A DNA stretch of 43,040 nt from a bacterium (GTDB lineage: Bacteria > Chlamydiota > Chlamydiia > Chlamydiales > 2-12-FULL-49-11). Of the stretch, positions 16,439 through 23,526 are shown piece after piece. Each line of letters starts with the position of its first letter. The first letter of the stretch is position 1. The DNA lies in NCBI GenBank assembly GCA_022600215.1, contig JAHZKV010000012.1, positions 1 through 43,040 on the forward strand, written 5' to 3'. The notes beneath the pieces were generated by a model, which worked only from the letters and a program-made list of their open reading frames with translations, did not search any database and was not told the DNA's origin. A program made the translations under genes and the position numbers.

Positions 16439-17182
16439 TTATAAAGTGAGGTTCCATTTCTTTAGAAGAGCGTCATAGCTCCCGTCATCTTTCATGGCCG
16501 CTAGGCGCTTATTGAAAGTTCTAAGTACCGCCATATTCTTTCCCTTGAGGGAGAGGAGACGAAGGCCTCTATCGGTATATCTTTCTTTGCTGACTTTTAA
16601 GAGACGCTGATACTCTACTCCAAAATTGGAGGAGAGCTCCAGGTATGGTATCATGGCTCCATCAGCCCTCCCAGAAACTAGATTTTCGAGTGTCTGAGGG
16701 ATAGAGGTATAGAAGTTTAGCTGGAGGTCTTTGAAAGGGGCGAAATAAGGGATGAGCTCTGATCTTGTGGGAAGGGAGATGATCTTCCCCTCAAAATCAG
16801 AAAAGCTGGTCACTTGCATGGTTCGCCTGGTGATGAATACATCGCCAAGGGATAGGAACATGCTGGAGAAGGAGAACTCTTTTTTGGCAAGGTAGAGCAT
16901 CTCTTTGGAAGAGACGATGAGCGCAGTATTTTTTGTTTCAAGATTTTGCTCCATGTTGTCAAAACTGAGCGGTATGTAAATGATCTGATAGCGGGTTGGT
17001 TTGAAAATTACTTCAAGGAGCTCGTTAGTGAAAGCATTTACCGCAGCACTTTTGTGGCCAACAGGAGCTTCGATAAAATCGGCATCTATCCCAATCCTTA
17101 CCTGCTTGCTTGGCAATGTTATCTGCGAACAACTGGATAATAGTAGTAGTGATATTATTAAAACCTGTCTCATACCTCGCAC
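16439..17182 (-). CDS. Periplasmic amino-acid-binding lipoprotein (SBP_bac_3 / ArtJ-like)
   Basis: Lipobox LLSS-C. Type 3 solute-binding layout (…RIGIDADF…, …GRADGAMIPYLE…, …DGSYDALLKKW). Start is GTG 17182 or ATG 17173. Confidence 0.7.
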   Translation of the reverse strand: MRGMRQVLIISLLLLSSCSQITLPSKQVRIGIDADFIEAPVGHKSAAVNAFTNELLEVIFKPTRYQIIYIPLSFDNMEQNLETKNTALIVSSKEMLYLAKKEFSFSSMFLSLGDVFITRRTMQVTSFSDFEGKIISLPTRSELIPYFAPFKDLQLNFYTSIPQTLENLVSGRADGAMIPYLELSSNFGVEYQRLLKVSKERYTDRGLRLLSLKGKNMAVLRTFNKRLAAMKDDGSYDALLKKWNLTL

Positions 17183-17195
17183 TTACCATTTTTCT

Positions 17196-17266
17196 ATTTT
17201 TTATGCATGGCATAAAAAATCAGCGAGGGGTTTGTTAAGGGCGCGGCCCTTAACTGGGGTCATAGG
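17196..17266 (-). repeat. REP-like two-hairpin intergenic element, copy A
   Basis: Minus strand: GTTAAGGGC-cgc-GCCCTTAAC, then aaacccctcgctg, then ATTTTTTATGC-cat-GCATAAAAAAT. By eye about 80% identical over about 75 nt to 40478-40550 on the plus strand. Confidence 0.7.
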
Positions 17267-17276
17267 GGCAAAGCCC

Positions 17277-18704
17277 CTATAATAGAAACCACGAAAAAAT
17301 ACTGTAAATGATGACAGTAAAAATAGCGGCGGAAGGGAGGGTGATGACCCAGGAGAGGAAGATATCGCGTATGAGGTTGAAGTTGAGGGCGGAGAGACCT
17401 TTTGCTAGCCCTACTCCTAAAACGGCGCCGACGATGGCATGGGTGGTGGATATGGGCATACCGAACTTGGAGGCAACGAGGATGGTGGAGGCGGCAGCAA
17501 ATTCTGCAGCAAAACCGCGCGTGGGGGTGAGCTGGGTGATTTTATTTCCAATGGTCTCGATAACTTTGTATCCGTAGGTGGCAAGGCCGATGATGATGCC
17601 AAAGCCCCCGAAGAGGAGGAGTGGGATGGAGATGGTGGTAGAGGTGAGGAGGGCACCGGGATTTTTGATGACGGAAATAATCCCTGATACGGGACCTATG
17701 GCGTTTGCTACATCGTTAGAGCCATGTGCAAAGGCTACAAAGCAGGCAGTGAGAATTTGTAGCATGGCAAAGATCTCTTCGGCACCTTTGTAGTCGGTTG
17801 CAAGCTCTGTTTGGAAGGGAGCTTTATCTTGAGCTTGCTCGATGAGCCCTTCTGTTTCGGTGATCATGGTATTCATATGCTCTTTGGCATCTTTATCACG
17901 AGTGGAGAGGCGCGCGCGGATAAGGTGCTTTTGTACCTTTAGGAGGGAGTATAAACGCCTGTCATGCTTTGCAGCGATTACATAGCTCATCTTGGCATTT
18001 TTTGTTTGGATGTTGCAGACGATACCGATGATGACTGCTCCAATAAAACTTACGATGATGGAGAGGATTAAGGTGACGTAGAAAGGCATCTCAAGATGGA
18101 GGCTTTCAATCCCGCCATGGAAGGTAGACATGCAAAAGGTCATGAGGACGATAAAGACAAAGAGTGGAGCAAGACGCTTGGTGGAGAGGAGGGGATTGAA
18201 AGAGAAAAGGATTTTTCGTTGGATGAAGGAGAAGAAGAGGAAGGCAAATACTCCTGCAAGTGTTGGAGAGATAACCCAGCTGAGGGCAATCTTCCCTACC
18301 TCTGACCACTGTACGGCGCTGAACCCTCCGATGAGTATTCCAAATCCCATGACACTACCAACTATAGCGTGAGTGGTGGATACTGGCCAGCGGAAGAAGG
18401 TAGCAATTTGTAACCAGATGGCGGTGGCAAGGAGGGAGGAGAGCATCCCGATGATGAACACATTTGGAATTTGGGAGAAGAGGTGGGGATCAATTATTCC
18501 CTTTTGTATGGTCTCTGAAACGTTGGAGCCGAGAATAAATGCGCCGGAAAATTCTAATACTGCTGCGATGATGATGGCGCGCCTTAAGGTGATAGCACCT
18601 GAGCCTACAGATGTTCCTACGGCATTTGCTACATCGTTTGCTCCTATGTTCCATAACATATAAAAGCCGATGATAAGCGCTAGTGCGATGAAAAATATTT
18701 CCAT
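17277..18704 (-). CDS. Inorganic phosphate transporter, PiT (PHO4) family
   Basis: 475 aa, polytopic, with the duplicated GANDVANA / GSNDVANAIGP signature. Confidence 0.93.
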   Translation of the reverse strand: MEIFFIALALIIGFYMLWNIGANDVANAVGTSVGSGAITLRRAIIIAAVLEFSGAFILGSNVSETIQKGIIDPHLFSQIPNVFIIGMLSSLLATAIWLQIATFFRWPVSTTHAIVGSVMGFGILIGGFSAVQWSEVGKIALSWVISPTLAGVFAFLFFSFIQRKILFSFNPLLSTKRLAPLFVFIVLMTFCMSTFHGGIESLHLEMPFYVTLILSIIVSFIGAVIIGIVCNIQTKNAKMSYVIAAKHDRRLYSLLKVQKHLIRARLSTRDKDAKEHMNTMITETEGLIEQAQDKAPFQTELATDYKGAEEIFAMLQILTACFVAFAHGSNDVANAIGPVSGIISVIKNPGALLTSTTISIPLLLFGGFGIIIGLATYGYKVIETIGNKITQLTPTRGFAAEFAAASTILVASKFGMPISTTHAIVGAVLGVGLAKGLSALNFNLIRDIFLSWVITLPSAAIFTVIIYSIFSWFLL

Positions 18705-18708
18705 AAAA

Positions 18709-19383
18709 CTACTTGGTTTTGAGTAACATTCCTATTCTTAGTGCCTCTTTTTCTGCACAGTGAGAGATTCTGCCAATCTCTTCGATAAAATTCAACCAGA
18801 GGATAAAGTCGCTAAAGGATAAGGTATCGGCAAGGCTAAAGAGAGTCTTTTTCACTTCTTTTTTAATGAGGTCTGTCTCGTGCTCTTTGAGGGTGATATC
18901 ATGAATTTTTGTTTTTATTTTTACAGCGACTGGTCCTCCAAATGAGGCTTCGATCAACGTATCGAGGTGGAAGACAATTTCTTTTAGTATCCAGGTAGCG
19001 TCAAGATTGGAGTCGATGTATTCGTGGAGTTTTTCTTCTAGAGCTGGAAGGGGGGGAAGCTTTTTGAGGATGAGGAGGTCTGCGATATCTTCTGCTGTGT
19101 CGGCAAGATCATCTTGAAGGTTTAGGATTTCTAGAAAGTTGATGCGGTCTATGGAGAAGAGAAAGCTTTTTGGAAGGGAGGAGCGGATATCGTTTTTGAT
19201 GAGGTCAGCGTCATGCTCTAGCTCAGATATTCCTTTAGCAATTTGCTCAATTTTTTTTAGGTCTGCTTCGACGAAAATACTGCATAGCTCTTTGAGCTTG
19301 GCAAGACATGCGCAAACTTTTTCCATATGGAGCTGTAAATGCGATAGCGGTGTTCTTGGAAATAGGGAAGAAAATAAATTCAT
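18709..19383 (-). CDS. DUF47 / PhoU-like putative phosphate-transport regulator
   Basis: 224-aa helical protein directly upstream of the PiT gene (4-nt gap), which is the usual DUF47-PiT pairing. Contains an …ELEHDADLIKNDIR… motif. Confidence 0.8.
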   Translation of the reverse strand: MNLFSSLFPRTPLSHLQLHMEKVCACLAKLKELCSIFVEADLKKIEQIAKGISELEHDADLIKNDIRSSLPKSFLFSIDRINFLEILNLQDDLADTAEDIADLLILKKLPPLPALEEKLHEYIDSNLDATWILKEIVFHLDTLIEASFGGPVAVKIKTKIHDITLKEHETDLIKKEVKKTLFSLADTLSFSDFILWLNFIEEIGRISHCAEKEALRIGMLLKTK

Positions 19384-19385
19384 GG

Positions 19386-20129
19386 TTAGATTTTAGAGCG
19401 ACGATCTTTTTTATAGCTAGACTTTTTTTCAAATACGAGGAGTTTCTCTCTCTCTGAAAGGACTCGGTGTGTTCCTTTTGGAAGATTTCCAAGTGACAGA
19501 CCTCCAAGACGAACTCTTTTTAGTCCACTTAAGGATAGACCTGAGCGAGCAACAAGTAATCGCACCTCGTGCTTTTTTCCTTCCATCACCGTGATGGCAA
19601 TCTCTTTATATTTTTTCTTTCGGACACCAACTGGTACTACCTTTTTCCCTTCGATGTAGGTCCCTTTTCGAATCTTTTCAAGATGGGCAGGTGTTACCTC
19701 TTCTTTGGTTTTGGCGATATACTCTCTTTCAATTCCTGTGGAAGGGTGCATTACTCTATTGGCATAATCTCCTTCGGAGGTAACAAGGAGTAGCCCTTCG
19801 GTAGATTTATCAAGGCGACCTATGGTGTATAGGCGCGCTTTACGATCTCTTACTAGGTCAATAGCGAGTCGATCATCGCCATGGCGCTTGCTACTGCAGA
19901 TGTAACCAGAAGGTTTATTTAAAATATAGGTTACCATTTTTTGAGGACGCTTGGAGATGGGTTTACCATCTACCGTGATAAAGTCTTTTTTTGGATCAGC
20001 AGTAGTTCCGAGGGTAGTGCATATTTGACCGTTGAGGGAAACTCTTCCTTCTTCAATGAGTTTATCGGAGTTTCTTCTGCTGGCGATGCCAGAAAGTGCA
20101 AGAATTTTATTGAGGCGAACCTTTTCCAT
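19386..20129 (-). CDS. rluB: Pseudouridine synthase, RsuA/RluB family with S4 domain
   Basis: N-terminal S4 motif (RLNKILALSGIASRR…) and catalytic GRLDKSTEGLLLVT. Confidence 0.88.
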   Translation of the reverse strand: MEKVRLNKILALSGIASRRNSDKLIEEGRVSLNGQICTTLGTTADPKKDFITVDGKPISKRPQKMVTYILNKPSGYICSSKRHGDDRLAIDLVRDRKARLYTIGRLDKSTEGLLLVTSEGDYANRVMHPSTGIEREYIAKTKEEVTPAHLEKIRKGTYIEGKKVVPVGVRKKKYKEIAITVMEGKKHEVRLLVARSGLSLSGLKRVRLGGLSLGNLPKGTHRVLSEREKLLVFEKKSSYKKDRRSKI

Positions 20130-20300
20130 AGAGATCTTAATTATTAAGTTAGTGCTACCAGTCTATCATATCGTCACTTTTTATACACGGTTATTTTAGT
20201 AGGTTAAAATATCTTTTTTATAGATTCTTGAGGTGATCTCTTCTTTCCCAATTCCTCCTTTTGTGTTACTATTAAGGAGTGTAAATTGGTTAGGTAGATC

Positions 20301-20960
20301 ATGGGAAAATTAGTATTGCTTCGACATGGAAATTCTGTGTGGAATAAAAAAAATATCTTTACAGGTTGGGTGGATGTATCCCTTTCTCACCAGGGGGTGG
20401 AAGAGGCGATTGCTGCAGGGAAGAAGATGGCAGGGCTGACCTTTGATGCTATTTTCACTTCTAATCTATCTAGAGCTCAAATGACAATGCAGTTAGCGAT
20501 GTTAGAAAATGGTGCTGGTAAAACTATTTATTTACATCATGAGGATGCAAGGTATAGCAAGGGCATAGAAAACGATGATACTCTTGTGGCGTATGTTTCT
20601 AAGAGCTTGAATGAAAGGTATTATGGTGATTTACAGGGTGAAGAGAAGAATGCTTTTAAGGCGAAGGTGGGCGAAGAGCTTTTCAGGAAATATCGTAGGA
20701 GTTTTGATACCCCGCCTCCATCTGGAGAGAGCCTTGCAATGACAATTGAGAGAACACTGCCTTATTTTGAGGAACATATTTTGCCTTTGGTGCAAGAAGG
20801 TAAGACGGTCTTGGTGGTGGCTCATGGCAACTCTTTGCGCGGTATTGTGAAAGAGGTAATGAACGTTTCTGATAGTGACATTGTTGGTTATGAGATTGCT
20901 ACTGGTGAGCCTTTAGTCTTTGATTTTGTGGATGGATCTTTTGTCCAGGGTGGATTATGA
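20301..20960 (+). CDS. gpmA: 2,3-bisphosphoglycerate-dependent phosphoglycerate mutase
   Basis: LVLLRHGNSVWNKKNIFTGWVDVSLS and HGNSLRG motifs. Confidence 0.93.
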   Translation: MGKLVLLRHGNSVWNKKNIFTGWVDVSLSHQGVEEAIAAGKKMAGLTFDAIFTSNLSRAQMTMQLAMLENGAGKTIYLHHEDARYSKGIENDDTLVAYVSKSLNERYYGDLQGEEKNAFKAKVGEELFRKYRRSFDTPPPSGESLAMTIERTLPYFEEHILPLVQEGKTVLVVAHGNSLRGIVKEVMNVSDSDIVGYEIATGEPLVFDFVDGSFVQGGL

Positions 20961-21934
20961 GAAGCATGGTAGAAAGATTAGCGATGGTGAAGAGGTTGAA
21001 AAAGGGTAAGGAATCTTTGGTGGATTTGGTGGGCGCAGCAGCAGATAGCGAAGTATATTTTCTATCTTCTTTCTCTGAGGCGTTATTGAAGACGTTATAT
21101 GAAGTTTTGATGCCTATTGCGCAACGAACAGGAAAAAATGAGATCTTGGTCCCGATGGTGGAGTGTAAAGAGACCTTGCAGGTGCTGGAAGCTGCGGGGA
21201 GGCTTGGACTTTCTGTAAAGCAGGTGGCTGTGGACAGGGTAGGAGTGGTGACTGCGGAGGCGCTTGCTGCTGCTATTTCTAAAAGATCATTGGCCTATTT
21301 TTCTTCCTGGGTAAACGTGGTAAGCGGCGCTGTTCATCCTATTGGGGAGCTGTGCGCTCTTTGTAAAGAGAGGGAGCTTTTTTCTTTTGTGGATGCGAGC
21401 GACGTTGCGGGAAAGATGTATTTCCGCCTGCAAAATATCGATGTAGATGTTTGCTCTGTCGCGATGGAAGAAGGGGTTGCTGTATATGCTAAAGAGCCTC
21501 TTAAAGGCTCATCCTGGGGAGAGGATTTTTCTTTGGAGGCATATTTTACATTTACTTCTTCGGCAGAGAATTTGCTATCTCAGATGGATGGTATGGCGAT
21601 GCAACTTTCGCAGAAGAAGGTCTTGATAGAAGAGAAATATGGGGAGAAAGTGATCTTTTTTAATCGCGGTGGAAGGTACTTGTTTGATAGATGGTGCTTT
21701 GCTATCCCTGGTGTTTTATCAGAAAATTTAGCTTATCACTTGTTGGTGAATGGGATAGAGGTGGAGTATCTAGATGTTGCTTCTGCTCTAACAAGTCAAG
21801 GGGTGGAGAAGGAAAAGGCTGTTTGTGCGGTGACGATGAGAAATATTTCGGAAGAGAGTAGAGAAGAGATGCTGGAAAAATGGGAGAAAATTTTGAAGGT
21901 GCAAGAAAAGATATCGGAGTATAGCTATGTATAA
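20957..21934 (+). CDS. NifS/IscS-like protein, apparently catalytically degenerate
   Basis: Class V aminotransferase-like layout, but no S-x-H-K PLP-lysine motif (…DVDVCSVAMEEG…). The active-site Cys loop reads …VASALTSQG…. ATGA-coupled to gpmA. Confidence 0.65.
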   Translation: MRSMVERLAMVKRLKKGKESLVDLVGAAADSEVYFLSSFSEALLKTLYEVLMPIAQRTGKNEILVPMVECKETLQVLEAAGRLGLSVKQVAVDRVGVVTAEALAAAISKRSLAYFSSWVNVVSGAVHPIGELCALCKERELFSFVDASDVAGKMYFRLQNIDVDVCSVAMEEGVAVYAKEPLKGSSWGEDFSLEAYFTFTSSAENLLSQMDGMAMQLSQKKVLIEEKYGEKVIFFNRGGRYLFDRWCFAIPGVLSENLAYHLLVNGIEVEYLDVASALTSQGVEKEKAVCAVTMRNISEESREEMLEKWEKILKVQEKISEYSYV

Positions 21935-22673
21935 GAAATACGCGCACCATCTTTTTTGGGACTTGTATAGCCGGACGATGCGTAAGAAGATAGAAACTCC
22001 TTTTTATGCAAAAAAATGTGTTGGCGAGGAGTTTTTTGGAGATAAGCTTGGGATTAGTTATAAGATTGATCTATCGCTAGATGAAGAGGCGGGAACCTTT
22101 ACAAAGTATGCTTATTCTGTCTCTGGCCCAACGTTTATGGTTGCTATACTGGAAGCACTTGGAGATTTAGTAGCTGGTAAGAAAGTGGCTGAGGTGGCAC
22201 ATCTTCGGGGTAGTGATATTTTTGATCAGTTGAATGTCTATGAGGTGGCGCCGCTATATAATGATAGTGATATGGAAGAATATAGCCGCTTCTTATCTTC
22301 TTTTGTGAATCATGTGATTGATTCATTTGGTTTTTTGGTGGAGAAATACGCTCCACATACCTTTACTACTCCTGAAGCGCTGAAGAACTTCGAAGTTGAG
22401 GGGGAGGGCATAGAAAATTTCTATGAACTTTCTAAAGAGGAGCAAATTGCTTTGGTGGAGAGGGTGATGGCAAAAGATATCCGCCCGTACGTAGAATTAG
22501 ATGATGGGGGAGTGAATGTCAAAGATATCACTAAAAATGGGATTGTGCTGATTGAATACGAAGGCAATTGCACCTCTTGCCACGCTGCAGGCTCGACAAC
22601 CCTTTCTGCTATTACCTCTATCTTAAAAGCAAAGGTACACAAGACGGTAGAAGTCCTTCCTGTGGTAAATTAA
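21927..22673 (+). CDS. NifU-related protein (degenerate IscU-like N-domain + Nfu C-domain with CxxC)
   Basis: C-terminal …IEYEGNCTSCHAAGSTTLSAI… Nfu motif. The N-terminal part lacks the three IscU cysteines. Overlaps the NifS-like gene by 8 nt. Confidence 0.7.
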   Translation: MYKKYAHHLFWDLYSRTMRKKIETPFYAKKCVGEEFFGDKLGISYKIDLSLDEEAGTFTKYAYSVSGPTFMVAILEALGDLVAGKKVAEVAHLRGSDIFDQLNVYEVAPLYNDSDMEEYSRFLSSFVNHVIDSFGFLVEKYAPHTFTTPEALKNFEVEGEGIENFYELSKEEQIALVERVMAKDIRPYVELDDGGVNVKDITKNGIVLIEYEGNCTSCHAAGSTTLSAITSILKAKVHKTVEVLPVVN

Positions 22674-23269
22674 AATAGGTATCCAATACCTGCTCCTGCA
22701 TGGAAGCCGCCAATATCTGTCCAGTTACCAAATAGCTGAGAGTTTACTTTTTGAGGAATAGGTTCGTAGTAATAGTCAAAAAATCCATCTATGATTACGT
22801 TGCTGGTAAATTGTAAGAAAAGCCCTGCTTTACCGACTACACCGCCACCTACTTCTGTAGTACTTCTTGGAAGATATGGTGTCCCTGAGATGGTGGAGTT
22901 GGCAATTTCGATGGTTGGCCCCACTCCTAAATACCACTGTAGGGAGGTGTTAAATAGTGGAAAATACTTTTTTAGTCCAAAGCTGATGGTGGTGACATTC
23001 ATATCGGTAGCATTGTTTAGCGATGTTCTTCCATTATTCCAAATCACATTGACATTTTGCCAAAAAGACCATTTAGGAAAAAACCAATAGCCATTTTCTA
23101 CTTCTAGGCTGAGGATTTGATTGCTGTAGACATCTCTTGGGGACTTTTCTGTAAAGAAAAAGTAGGCAGCACGAAATTGGAGGGCATCATGACCTTGGTA
23201 GACCATGACTTTTTCTCTACTAAATAGTAGAAGTGGGAGTATTAAAAATGCGAATAAAATCTTTTTCAT
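22670..23269 (-). CDS. Small outer-membrane beta-barrel protein (OMP_b-brl/OmpW-like)
   Basis: Signal peptide MKKILFAFLILPLLLFS. Alternating aromatic/Gly strands and a C-terminal BAM signal …AGAGIGYLF. Its stop overlaps the convergent nifU-like stop at TTAA. Confidence 0.75.
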   Translation of the reverse strand: MKKILFAFLILPLLLFSREKVMVYQGHDALQFRAAYFFFTEKSPRDVYSNQILSLEVENGYWFFPKWSFWQNVNVIWNNGRTSLNNATDMNVTTISFGLKKYFPLFNTSLQWYLGVGPTIEIANSTISGTPYLPRSTTEVGGGVVGKAGLFLQFTSNVIIDGFFDYYYEPIPQKVNSQLFGNWTDIGGFHAGAGIGYLF

Positions 23270-23526
23270 TTTAGTGTAACTTTTCCTCCAATACTTTGAC
23301 TTCCGTCACTATTTATGGATACTACACTATAGATGATAGGTAAATCAACAGGATTATTATGATTTTCATATATTCTTGCATCGTAAAGGCTATACACCCG
23401 AGCAAGTTTTCCATTTATATATACACAAAATCCTACTACTGCTTCGCTAGTGGTTGCTCCCCAGGTAATTCTATGTATGCGATCTTCTACAAGATAGGAG
23501 CGATTAGAATAGGCGATACCAAGAAG
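23266..23526 (-). pseudogene. In-frame second FN3-like domain copy behind the TAA of the 723-aa gene (relic or readthrough extension)
   Basis: Hand translation gives 86 sense codons with no stop: LLGIAYSNRSYLVEDRIHRITWGATTSEAVVGFCVYINGKLARVYSLYDARIYENHNNPVDLPIIYSVVSINSDGSQSIGGKVTLK. It is in the same frame as the stop at 23527-23529, and its TGA overlaps the OMP ATG (ATGA). Confidence 0.7.

Noticed and set aside
17308-18663. Cluster of 67-96-aa ORFs on both strands inside the PiT gene (for example 17417-17656 and 18373-18663).
   Set aside because: They overlap a full-length PiT transporter that has both GANDVANA-type signatures. Their Gly/Pro/Ser-rich translations are frame artefacts of a locally GC-richer membrane-protein gene.
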